From an uncultured Pseudomonadota bacterium (GTDB lineage Bacteria > Pseudomonadota > Alphaproteobacteria > JACZXZ01), in NCBI GenBank assembly GCA_963749075.1, contig CAVVLJ010000016.1:704001-768000 (forward strand): DNA of 64,000 bases, read 5' to 3'. The translations under genes and the position numbers were made by a program. The notes beneath the pieces are model-generated. The model was not told where the DNA came from. It worked only from the letters and a program-made list of their open reading frames with translations, and did no database searches. Positions 41,305 to 50,414 of the stretch are shown here, piece by piece (position 1 is the stretch's first letter; each line of letters starts with the position of its first letter).

Positions 41305-42312
41305 ATGAGAAGCTCCATAGTCTGCTTACTGGGCGCCGGCTTTTCGTACGTTGGGGGGACTCCACTCGCTAGGGACCTCCTCAAGCCGAATTGGCTCATC
41401 ACGACGTCGGAGCGCAGTCGCCGGCGCTTCCGTATGGTTCGTGAGCATTACGAAAATTGGCAGAAAGACCACCCCGGAGAATATCCAGAGCAATACATGG
41501 AGCTGGTGTACACGCGGAGTGCGGGACCAAATACACCGAAGTGGGATTGGGTCGTAGAGTATGTCTGCGCTGTAATTGCGTCAGCGGGAACGCCATCAGC
41601 ATCATTAAATCGAAACCCCCGATATTCTAACCGCGTCAACCGGCCCTTCTATTGCGCGGCCCACCAACAATTTTGGAATGCACTTTTCAGCACCACTAGG
41701 GACCTCTCGGTGATCACGACTAACTACGACATTCTGGTCGAACGGGTATTGCGCCATCGGCCGATGCGCCGACCGTGGTCCCCTGGTTGCTTCTATGGCG
41801 GTCTTGCACGGCCTCAAATCCTAAAGGGAGCGGCTCAGCCATTTTCCCGATGGGCTCCGGAGCGCATCATTGAGATGACTGGGACGATACCCGTCTTCAA
41901 GCTCCATGGTTCGCTCAATTGGACACTGGACGGTCAGTCCATCGTCACCTTCCAGGACATGCGACCGGCATTTCGGCATGGTGGTACCGCAGCGATTATT
42001 CCACCGGTTCCGGAGAAGCTTGTGCCCCCATGGTTGCATGAAATTTGGCGCGAGGCGGAATCGAGCCTGCGCGGATCTGATTTGTGGGTGATGTGCGGTT
42101 ATTCCATGCCGGCCTATGACACCGAGGTGTTGCGACTGCTGAAGACAGCTGGGACCGGTTGGCCCCTTACCATTTTTCTCCTCAGCCCCGAGGCCGCCGC
42201 CCTCCAGAAAAGGTGGACAGGCCTCCTTCCTGAAGCCAGCACTATTTGTCTTCCAGGACTTCCCGAAGGGATCGAACCGCTCGCTCACCGCCTCGTGTCG
42301 TTGCCGCAATAG
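41305..42312 (+). CDS. SIR2-like (SIR2_2) domain protein, candidate NADase
   Basis: LLGAGFS, ITTNYD, FKLHGSLNW, IIPP, GYS.P..D; AT-richer than the flanks. Confidence 0.82.
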   Translation: MRSSIVCLLGAGFSYVGGTPLARDLLKPNWLITTSERSRRRFRMVREHYENWQKDHPGEYPEQYMELVYTRSAGPNTPKWDWVVEYVCAVIASAGTPSASLNRNPRYSNRVNRPFYCAAHQQFWNALFSTTRDLSVITTNYDILVERVLRHRPMRRPWSPGCFYGGLARPQILKGAAQPFSRWAPERIIEMTGTIPVFKLHGSLNWTLDGQSIVTFQDMRPAFRHGGTAAIIPPVPEKLVPPWLHEIWREAESSLRGSDLWVMCGYSMPAYDTEVLRLLKTAGTGWPLTIFLLSPEAAALQKRWTGLLPEASTICLPGLPEGIEPLAHRLVSLPQ

Positions 42313-42624
42313 CACCATCAGGTAAACCAACCGAGGACCTCGCGAGCGGCAGGGGAGCCGCACGATACGCCCACCTTGTAGCGGCACGGCCGTTGTGACG
42401 TGCTATTCGTCGGCGTCATAGATGACTGCGACGCACTGTTGCCGGAGGGCGTATCGGGCGACGTTGATCGCGGGATGGGGGAGACCCTCGGCGATGCGCT
42501 CCTGCCCCGGCATCGGATGCGACCTTCCGCTGCCGCATACACCGGGCGGTAGGGAATGACCGCTTCGGGCCGAGAGCACCCGCTGGCGGGCCACGGCTGA
42601 CTTGGTTTTGACCCCAGCCCCGCC

Positions 42625-44868
42625 TCAATGCCCCACGAGCGCCGCCTTGACGCGCTCGGCCGTGATCGGCGCCGTCCGCATCCTGGCGCCCGTCGCATCG
42701 AAGATGGCGTTGGCAAGCGCCCCCGGCACCGGCGTGGTCGAGGCCTCGCCGGCGCCGAAGGGGGGGAGCTCGGGGCGGGAGACGAGGTCGATCTCGATTG
42801 TGGGCGCCTCGGGGAAGGTGAGGATGGGGTAGCTCGACCAGTCCGTGCTGGTGACGCGGGCGCGGTCGAAGGCGACCTCCTCGTGGAGCACGCGGCTCAG
42901 GGTCTGGAGGATGCAGCCCTCGATCTGGTTCTTCAGCGCATCGGGGTTGATGATGAGCCCGCAGTCGTGGGCGCAGGCGACGCGCCTCACGCGCACCTCG
43001 CCCGACGTGCGGTCGACGGCCGCCTCCATGGCGATCGCCACGTAGTTCTCGTTGTGCTTGTAATGCACGTAGGCGATGCCGCGGCCGATCGCAAGCGGGC
43101 CCGAGCCGCGCTCGGGATTGGGCGAGGGGCGCGCCTGCCAGCCGAAGAGGGCGGCCGCGCGCTTGAGGACCTCGATGCCGCGCGAGTCCGAGAGTGCCGA
43201 GAGGCGGAACTCGAGCGGGTCGCGCTTGGCCGCCGCGGCGAGCTCGTCGGTGAAGCCCTCGACCGCGAAGCTGTTGGCGATCTTGCCGGGGGCGCGGATG
43301 TTGGACGGGCGGAGCGGCGTCGCCTTGAGCCAATGGACCGTCGCCTCCATGTCCTTGACGGCATACGGCGGATCGCCGTTCTGCCCGATGAGGCCGGCGG
43401 ACAGGCCGAGCTTCTGCGCGATGCCGGCGGCGGCAGGTGCCAGGAGCGGCACGTGCGGCATGCCCTTGGTCGCTGCGGGCAGCCACATCTCGGTGCGCCA
43501 GGCGGCGATGCGGCCCTCGCCGTCGAGGCTCGCGTCCAAGTCGATGAGCTGCGGCGGGCCCTTGGGGTCCCAGCCGTGCTCGTCCTCGCGCATCCATTGC
43601 ACGCGCACCGGCCGGCCGGTCGCGCGCGAGAGGAGCGCTGCGTCCGCCGCCGCGTCGTCGTGGCCGTTCATGCCGTAGCAGCCGGCGCCGTCGAGATAGA
43701 TGAGGCGCACCTTGTCCTCAGGCAGGCCGAGGATGTGGGCGAAGGCGATGCGGAACTTGTGCGTCGCCTGGGAGGCGGTCCAGATGGTGGCGCTGCCGTC
43801 GCTCACGTCGGCGATGGCGCAGGAGGGCCCCATCGAGGCGTGGCTCTGCACCGGCCACCAGTAGCTCGCCGTGAAGCGGTGTCTTGCCGCATTGAGTGCC
43901 GCGGCCGCATCGCCGCGCTTGGCGACCGTCTCGTCGTGGTCGACCGCACTCGCGCGCACGAAACGCGCAAGGTCCGTGTTTCCCGGCAGCTCTTGCGCCT
44001 GGCTCCAGCTCGCCTTGAGCGCTCTCGCGGCGCGGATCGCCGCCCATTCGTCCTCCGCCACCACGCCGAGGAAGTCCTTGATGCGCACGACGCCCGCGTG
44101 GGGGATGCCGGCCAGCGATTCCGGGTCGATCGAGAGCAGCGCAGCACCCACCGCTGGCGGCCGGATGGCGCGGCCGTGCAGCATGTTGGGCACGCTGAAA
44201 TCATGCATATAGACGTGCGTGCCGGTGCATTTGGCCGGCAGGTCAGGGCGCTTGAGCGGCTGGCCCACCACCTTGTAGGAGGCGGGCGGCTTGAGCGGCG
44301 CCTGGGCGTCGACCTTGAGCGAGAGGCGCTTCCCCGCGACGAGGTCGCCGTAGCCGACGCGTCCCGTGCCCGAGGCCGTGCGCACGACGCCGTCCTCGAC
44401 CGCGAGATCGCCCACGGCAGCACCGAGGCGCTCGGCCGCGAGCTTGAGGAGGGCCTGGCGCGCGGTCGCCGCCGCCTGGCGGATGGGGACGCCGCCGCGG
44501 GTGATGCCGGAGCTGCCGCCGGTCGGGCCCTGGTCGGGGGTAAGCGCCGTGTCGCCCTCGATGAGGTCGATGCGCCCGACCGGGAGATAGAGCTCCTCCG
44601 CCACCATCTGGCGGACGGCGATGCGCAGGCCCGTGCCGAGATCGACCTTGCCGGTATAGACCGTGGCCGAGCCGTCGGCGTGGATGGCGAGGAAGCTCGC
44701 CACCTCGTCGAGTGCCAGCGGCTTGCCGACGTCGGCTGGCGAGCCGAGGAGCGGCTCGGCCAGGGCCGCGAGTGCCATGCGCGGTGCGACGCCGATGCTC
44801 ACGATGAGCGTGCTGCCCGCCTTGAGGAGAGCGCGGCGGGAGAGCTTGAGAGGGCGGATGGCGTTCAT
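42625..44868 (-). CDS. xanthine dehydrogenase-family molybdopterin-binding subunit (isoquinoline/nicotinate dehydrogenase-like)
   Basis: Tat-like SRRALLK, GKVDLGTG, TPDQGPTGGS, HASMGPS, GAGCYG, HDCG..INPD...QIEG, GAGE, ANAIFDATG. Confidence 0.88.
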   Translation of the reverse strand: MNAIRPLKLSRRALLKAGSTLIVSIGVAPRMALAALAEPLLGSPADVGKPLALDEVASFLAIHADGSATVYTGKVDLGTGLRIAVRQMVAEELYLPVGRIDLIEGDTALTPDQGPTGGSSGITRGGVPIRQAAATARQALLKLAAERLGAAVGDLAVEDGVVRTASGTGRVGYGDLVAGKRLSLKVDAQAPLKPPASYKVVGQPLKRPDLPAKCTGTHVYMHDFSVPNMLHGRAIRPPAVGAALLSIDPESLAGIPHAGVVRIKDFLGVVAEDEWAAIRAARALKASWSQAQELPGNTDLARFVRASAVDHDETVAKRGDAAAALNAARHRFTASYWWPVQSHASMGPSCAIADVSDGSATIWTASQATHKFRIAFAHILGLPEDKVRLIYLDGAGCYGMNGHDDAAADAALLSRATGRPVRVQWMREDEHGWDPKGPPQLIDLDASLDGEGRIAAWRTEMWLPAATKGMPHVPLLAPAAAGIAQKLGLSAGLIGQNGDPPYAVKDMEATVHWLKATPLRPSNIRAPGKIANSFAVEGFTDELAAAAKRDPLEFRLSALSDSRGIEVLKRAAALFGWQARPSPNPERGSGPLAIGRGIAYVHYKHNENYVAIAMEAAVDRTSGEVRVRRVACAHDCGLIINPDALKNQIEGCILQTLSRVLHEEVAFDRARVTSTDWSSYPILTFPEAPTIEIDLVSRPELPPFGAGEASTTPVPGALANAIFDATGARMRTAPITAERVKAALVGH

Positions 44869-44879
44869 GGCCGCCTCCC

Positions 44880-45341
44880 TCAAGCGCCGGCCGCGCGCAT
44901 GACCGCGCGCAGGATGCGAACGTGCGTGCCGCAGCGGCAGAGCGTTGCGGCGAGCGCCTCCTTGACCTCGTCGAGCGTCGGCTTGGGCTTGTGGTCGAGG
45001 AGCGCCTTGGCCGCCATCACCATGCCGTTGGTGCAATAGCCGCACTGCGCCGCCTGCTCCGCGATGAAGGCGGCCTGCACCGGGTGCGGCTTCTCGGGCG
45101 TCCCGAGCCCCTCGATGGTGGTGACCGAGCGGCCGGCCACGGCGCTCATGGGTGTGATACAGGCGCGCGCGATCTCGCCGTCGATGAGCACCGCGCAGGC
45201 GCCGCACTGGCCGAGCCCGCAGCCGAACTTGGGCCCATGCAGGCCGAGCTGGTTGCGCAGCACGTAGAGGAGCGGGACGTCGGCGTCCCAGCTCTCGAGC
45301 TTCTCGGCCTTGCCGTTCACCTGGAGCTCGACCGTCGCCAT
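44880..45341 (-). CDS. (2Fe-2S)-binding small subunit
   Basis: KFGCGLGQCGAC, QCGYC, LCRCGT. Confidence 0.92.
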   Translation of the reverse strand: MATVELQVNGKAEKLESWDADVPLLYVLRNQLGLHGPKFGCGLGQCGACAVLIDGEIARACITPMSAVAGRSVTTIEGLGTPEKPHPVQAAFIAEQAAQCGYCTNGMVMAAKALLDHKPKPTLDEVKEALAATLCRCGTHVRILRAVMRAAGA

Positions 45342-45367
45342 TTCTGCACTCCACCGTTATGCTCGTT

Positions 45368-45567
45368 GATGCACACAAATCGTAAGATTACAGGTGCCTC
45401 GGACAGGCAGCGGTGGGTCCTTCGAGACGCTCGCTGCGCTCGCTCCTCAGGATGAGGTAAAGTCTTTCTGCCACACACAAATCTGCCTCATCCTGAGGAG
45501 CGCCCCGAAGGGGCGCGTCTCGAAGGACCCACGGCGGCCCTGCAAGTCTCTTGGACGTGTGTGCATC
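45368..45567. mobile_element. family B MITE-like palindromic element, copy 1
   Basis: Terminal IR GATGCACACA/TGTGTGCATC; inner inverted arms GTCCTTCGAGACGC..CTCCTCAGGATGAGG around spacer AAGTCTTTCTGCCACACACAAAT. Confidence 0.75.
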
Positions 45568-45759
45568 GACTGGCGCTATCCTGCCCGGATTTCCGCAAGC
45601 ATTACCCGATTGCGTGCCCCATGCAACCGGGAGGCAGCCCGGCGCACGCGAAAGTGACCGCGCACGCCGCGCCCCGTGATTTTGCTTTGCCTTGCCGCGG
45701 CGGGCTGCCTAATCTCCGGGCAATCAAGGCCATGGGCACGCGCACGGCGAGGAGGAGAC

Positions 45760-46685
45760 ATGCGGATCGCCATCATCGGCCAGCAGGATTTCGGCAAGGC
45801 CGTGCTCGAGGCGTTCTTGAAGCGCGGCGACGAGGTGGCCGGCGTCTTCGTCTCGCCCGAGAAGCCGGGGTCGCGGCCCGATCCCTTGCGCGCGGCTGCC
45901 GAGGCGGCGGGCGTGAAAGTCTTCCAGATCGCCAAATTCACCGAGGCGCCGGCGCATGGACGCGCTCAAGGGCCTCGGCGCCGACATCGGCATCATGGCC
46001 TATGTGCTCGCCTTCGCGCCGCAGAGCTTCTGCGCGATCCCGAAGCACGGCACCATCCAGTACCACCCCTCGCTGCTTGCCGCTCCACCGCGGCCCCTCC
46101 TCGATCAACTGGCCGATCATCAAGGGCTTCACGAAGACAGGCCTCAGCATCTTCCGCCCGAGCGACGGGCTCGACGAGGGTCCGGTGGTGCTGCAGAAGG
46201 AGGTCGCCATCGGGCCGGACGACACCCTCGGCTCGCTCTATTTCGACAAGCTCTTTCCCATGGGCATCGCCGCCATGCTCGAGGCCGCGGATCTCGTGGC
46301 AGCTGGCAAGGCCAAGGAGACGGTGCAGGACGAGAGCCAGGCGACCTACGAGGGCTGGGTGCGCGAGGCCGAGGCGCGCATCAATTGGGCGCAGCCCATC
46401 GACCAGACCTACAACCTCATCCGCGGCTGCAACCCGCAGCCGGGCGCCTGGACCACGCTGGCCGGGAAGAAGCTCTATCTCTTCGACGCCAGGAAGACGA
46501 TCGCGCACACCTTCGGCCAGGTGCGCGGCAAGAAGATCGGCCAGGTCGCAGCCCTCTCGGACAAGAGCTTCACCGTGCACGGCCAGGGCGGCTTCATCGA
46601 GGTCTTGCGCTGCCGCTTCGAGGACGGCAAGAAGATCGCCGCGAACGAGGCGGGCATCGCCGAGGGCACTCTGCTGGGCGGCTGA
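45760..46685 (+). CDS. formyltransferase (Fmt-like; resembles the 10-formyl-THF dehydrogenase N-terminal domain); two +1 frameshifts near 45955 and 46078
   Basis: MRIAIIGQ..FG; restored YHPSLLPLHRGPSSINW, GLDEG, ATYEG, INW, IRGCNPQPGAW. Confidence 0.8.
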
Positions 46686-46755
46686 GCCCGCAACCATTCA
46701 TCCCATGGACATGACGGGCGCGCCCCTCGCGGCTGCGCCGGATCGAGGAGGACAT

Positions 46756-47937
46756 ATGGCGACGCCGCGCGGACGCAACTTCTTTCAGGCACCGGGGCCA
46801 ACCAACATCCCGGAGCGCATCCTGCGCGCGATGGCGGCACCGGCGATCGACTTCAAGGGTGCGGAGTTCGAGGCCATCGCGGAAGAGTGCTACGCGGGCC
46901 TGCGGCAGCTCTTCAAGACCGAGGGGACGGTCCTCGTCTATGCCTCGTCCGGTCACGGCGCCTGGGAGGCGGCGCTCGCCAATACGCTCTCGCCGGGCGA
47001 CAAGGTGCTGGTGGTGGAGAGCGGCTATTTCTCGCTCAAGTGGGGCGAGCTCGCGCAAGGCCTCGGGCTCGAAGCGGAGACGCTGGCGGCGGACTGGCGC
47101 ACGGGCGCCGATCCGGCAGCGCTCGAGGCTCGCTTGCGCGAGGACCGCGGGCACGCCATCAAGGCCGTGATGCTGGTGCACAACGAGACCTCGACGGGCG
47201 GCGTCGTCGGCGTCGCCGAGGCGCGCCGCGCCATCGATGCGGCCAAGCACCCCGCACTCTTCCTCGTCGACGTGATCTCCTCGCTCGCCTCGCTCGATTT
47301 CCGCATGGACGAGTGGCGCTGTGACGTGGTGGTCGGCGGCTCGCAGAAGGGCCTCATGATGCCGGCCGGCATGGCCTTCACCGCGGCGAGCGCGCGCGCG
47401 ATGGCGGCAGCGAAGGAGGCGCGGCTGCCGCGCATCTATTGGGACTGGCGGCGGCTCCTCGACGGCAAGCGCCAGGTCCATTTCAACGGCACGGGACCCG
47501 TGCACTTCTTCTATGGCCTCAGGGAGGCGCTCCGCATGCTCGGGGAAGAGGGGCTCGAGGAGGTCTTCGCGCGCCACCGCCGCCTCGCCGAGGCGACGCG
47601 CCGCGCGGTGCGCGCCTGGCAGCGGAACGACGGGCCGGAAATCTACGCGGCGAACCCGCGCATCCGCTCGGACTCGGTGACCGCCATCCTCGTGCCCGAG
47701 GGCCACGACGCGGACGCGGTGCGCCGCTTGAGCTTCGAGCGCTTCAACGTCTCGCTCGGCGGCGGCCTGGGGCCGCTCCAAGGCCACGTCTTCCGTCTCG
47801 CCCACATGGGCGAGCTCAACGAGCCCACGCTCCTCGGCGCCATCGCCGCGGTCGAGATGGCGCTCAAGCTCGCAGAAGTGCCCCACGGCAAGGGCGGCGT
47901 CGACGCCGCGATGGAGTATCTCGTCTCGCCCGGCTGA
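46756..47937 (+). CDS. serine-glyoxylate / alanine-glyoxylate aminotransferase (class V)
   Basis: PGPTNIP, SGHGAWE, HNETSTG, DVISS, GSQKGLM, FRLAHMG. Confidence 0.88.
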   Translation: MATPRGRNFFQAPGPTNIPERILRAMAAPAIDFKGAEFEAIAEECYAGLRQLFKTEGTVLVYASSGHGAWEAALANTLSPGDKVLVVESGYFSLKWGELAQGLGLEAETLAADWRTGADPAALEARLREDRGHAIKAVMLVHNETSTGGVVGVAEARRAIDAAKHPALFLVDVISSLASLDFRMDEWRCDVVVGGSQKGLMMPAGMAFTAASARAMAAAKEARLPRIYWDWRRLLDGKRQVHFNGTGPVHFFYGLREALRMLGEEGLEEVFARHRRLAEATRRAVRAWQRNDGPEIYAANPRIRSDSVTAILVPEGHDADAVRRLSFERFNVSLGGGLGPLQGHVFRLAHMGELNEPTLLGAIAAVEMALKLAEVPHGKGGVDAAMEYLVSPG

Positions 47938-47940
47938 ACC

Positions 47941-48168
47941 GTGCATGGATTGCAAGGACGCTTGCACTTTCATCGCGGGTCCTTCGAGACGCGCCCCCGG
48001 CGCGCCAAGCGCGCCTCTCTTGCATCATGCAAGAGAGCGGGCCTTCGGCCCGCGGGGCGCTCCTCAGGATGAGGCAGATTTGTGTGTGGCAGAAAGACTT
48101 AACCTCATCCTGAGGAGCGAGCGCAGCGAGCGTCTCGAAGGACGCACCGCACTTGGTCCGAGGCGCCT
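47941..48168. mobile_element. family B element, copy 2 (reverse orientation, with cloverleaf insert)
   Basis: Same arms; spacer ATTTGTGTGTGGCAGAAAGACTT; flank GTCCGAGGC; three-hairpin insert at 47999-48053. Confidence 0.75.
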
Positions 48169-48201
48169 TTACCTTGCGGAGCGCCGCTCGTCGCGTGCTT
48201 C

Positions 48202-49677
48202 TTACTGATACGGTTTGACGAGGACGGGATCGACGCGGTCTGCGTCGCCGCCGTCCGCCGGCTTTTTGCCGTAGGCGGCGATATCGACGCGCTCGGCCGA
48301 GATGCCCTGGCCCAGGAGGAAGGCGCGCACCGCATAGGCGCGCGAGAGCGAGATGCGGCGCGCGTGGCCGGCGTCGGCCCCGCTCTCGGAGGCGTAGGCG
48401 TAGAGCTTGATGCGCAAATCCTCGTCCTTCTTGAGCCGGCCGACCACCTGGCCGAGCGCCGCCTTGGCCTGGTCGCTGAGCTCGATGGCGCCGGCCGCGA
48501 AATCGATGCTCGGTCCCTTCTCTCCGGCCAACTGGGCGGGCGGCTTGGCCGCGACTTCGCCGACGGCGGTGGCCGGCGGCAGCTTGGGCTCGGCCAACGA
48601 CGCCGCCGCCGGTGCCGCCGGCGCCGGCGTTGTCGCGGCCTCCGGGACGGGTGGCGAAGCCGAGGCCTCTCGCGCGGGCGTGCTCGCCGCCGGCTCTGCG
48701 GGCGCGGCACTTTGGGCGGGCGAAGGACTTTGCGCCGGTGGGGCGGCCGGCGGAGCGGGTTTTGCCTCGGCAGCGGCCGCTGCGGGCGGAGAGGGCGGCG
48801 AGGTCAGCACCTCGGGCGTCGGCGGAGACGGCGGCGCCGCGGGCGCCCGTGCTGGCGCCGGTGCCGCCGCGGCGGCGCGCGCCGGTGCCGCCGCGGCCGC
48901 GGTCGGCTGCGCACTCGTCCGGGCAACCGGCGGCGGTGCTGCGGCTGTGCTCCGGGGTGCTGCGGGTCGCTGCGCGGCATTGGCTGGCGTCGCCAGCGTG
49001 CGCATGTAGCGCAGGAGCTCGCTCGTGGGGCGGCCGTCGACGGGAAGCCCGCTGTCCTGCTGGAAGAGCCGGATGGCGCGGAGCGTGCGCATCCCCATCC
49101 TGCCGCCGGTGGAGTCGGGCTCGTAGCCGAAGGAGATGAGCAGGCGCTGGATCTCGGCGAGCTCGGGCGACGCCTCGGCCGCAGCGCTTGCCGGCGCCTT
49201 GGCGGCCGGGCGCGGCGCTTTCGCAGCACTGCGCGGGGCCGCGGGTGGCGGCGCTGGCGGCGTCGCCGCTACGCTCGGCGCGGGGGCGGCGGGCTCGACG
49301 GGGGCCGCCGCAGGTGCGGCCGCCGCTTGCTGCTGCGGCGCTTCCGCCTGGGCCGGCGGAGCGGGCGTTGCCGCCGGTGCCGCCGCCGGCTGCGGCGCAC
49401 TTTCCTGCGCGGCGGGCGCCGGCGGCGAGGCCTCGCTCTTGGCGGCCGCGACGCTGGTGCCGGCCCCGGGCGCCTTCTCCTGCGCGCGATGCCCGGGGGC
49501 GAGGAGCAGCCACACGGCAAAGCCGAGAGCTGCGAAGCCGACGGCCACGCCCGTCCAACGAAGAATGTTCCTGGTTCTCGCTTGCAAGGCCACGGTTCCT
49601 CTAGCGCCTGCGCGGTGGCGGGAAGGGGGCCGCGCGCTGCGCGACGCGCCGCCCTCGCCGCTCGCTGAATTTCCCAA
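48202..49677 (-). CDS. membrane-anchored protein: peptidoglycan-binding domain, Pro/Ala linkers, OmpA-like C-terminal domain
   Basis: TM segment, IQRLL...GY...RAIRLFQQDSGLPVDG (PG_binding_1), RRISLSRA.AVR.FL...GI, DRVD; start uncertain. Confidence 0.75.
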   Translation of the reverse strand: MGNSASGEGGASRSARPPSRHRAGARGTVALQARTRNILRWTGVAVGFAALGFAVWLLLAPGHRAQEKAPGAGTSVAAAKSEASPPAPAAQESAPQPAAAPAATPAPPAQAEAPQQQAAAAPAAAPVEPAAPAPSVAATPPAPPPAAPRSAAKAPRPAAKAPASAAAEASPELAEIQRLLISFGYEPDSTGGRMGMRTLRAIRLFQQDSGLPVDGRPTSELLRYMRTLATPANAAQRPAAPRSTAAAPPPVARTSAQPTAAAAAPARAAAAAPAPARAPAAPPSPPTPEVLTSPPSPPAAAAAEAKPAPPAAPPAQSPSPAQSAAPAEPAASTPAREASASPPVPEAATTPAPAAPAAASLAEPKLPPATAVGEVAAKPPAQLAGEKGPSIDFAAGAIELSDQAKAALGQVVGRLKKDEDLRIKLYAYASESGADAGHARRISLSRAYAVRAFLLGQGISAERVDIAAYGKKPADGGDADRVDPVLVKPYQ

Positions 49678-49745
49678 TCATTTCGGGAATATAGGCGGTG
49701 CCCCGGCGGGGAACAAGCAAGCAGCGCGCCGGCATCGGCGGCGGC

Positions 49746-50414
49746 TCAGAACTTGCCGTATTTGAGATAGGCCTCCTTGGGGTCCATGCCGCCCAGGATA
49801 GCCTTCCTGAGCTCGCTCTCGGTGCCGATCACCTCCTCGCTCAGCCGCACCACCTCCTCGGCGCGCGCGCGCGGGATGCGCACGATGCCGTCGCGGTCGG
49901 CGAGGACGTAGTCGCCGCTCGCGATCGTGACGGCGCCGATGACGAGCGGCTCCCCGATGCGCTCGGGCAGCCATTTCGCCACGATGTCGCTCGGCGTGGC
50001 GAAGCGGCAATAGACGGGAAAGCCGAGGGCCAGGATGAACTCCACGTCGCGCGTGGCACCGTCGACCAGGTAGCCGCGCACGCCGCGGTGCTTCAGCGTC
50101 TCGGCCGAGAGCTCGCCCATGAGGGCGCAGGCCGAGGTATTGGGCTGGCAGACCACGACCGAGCCTGCGGGTGCGCGCGAGAGGAGGCCGGTCCAGGCGA
50201 GGAGCGTCGCATGCGCCTCGAGCGTCTCGTCGTAGCGCCCGCTCACCGTGAAGGCGGGACCCGCGAGCTTGAGCGCGGGATCGAGGCCGCGGATCGTCTC
50301 GGGCAGCACGAAGCGGCACTCGCCGAGTGCGCGCAGCACGTCGTGGACAGCACCCGTGTAGCAGCGCGCGAGCCGCTGGGTGAGGGCCGCCTCGCTTGCG
50401 GCAAGCTCAGTCAT
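49746..50414 (-). CDS. RraA-family / HMG aldolase-like protein
   Basis: AVHDVL, AGPAFTV, ALMGEL, DGATRD, GDYVLADRDG. Confidence 0.82.
   Translation of the reverse strand: MTELAASEAALTQRLARCYTGAVHDVLRALGECRFVLPETIRGLDPALKLAGPAFTVSGRYDETLEAHATLLAWTGLLSRAPAGSVVVCQPNTSACALMGELSAETLKHRGVRGYLVDGATRDVEFILALGFPVYCRFATPSDIVAKWLPERIGEPLVIGAVTIASGDYVLADRDGIVRIPRARAEEVVRLSEEVIGTESELRKAILGGMDPKEAYLKYGKF

Noticed and set aside
42318-42620. Possible decayed gene on the minus strand after SIR2
   Set aside because: Short frames broken by a stop, with no motif I can recognise; cannot be called
45394-45657. Recurring small ORFs with SFETLAALAPQDE / LILRS peptides (also near 47945, 51202, 56063, 62875)
   Set aside because: These are translations of the family B repeat, with no evidence of being genes
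47999-48053. Cloverleaf read as a tRNA
   Set aside because: Too short, no D-loop, T-loop or anticodon-loop consensus, and embedded in a repeat
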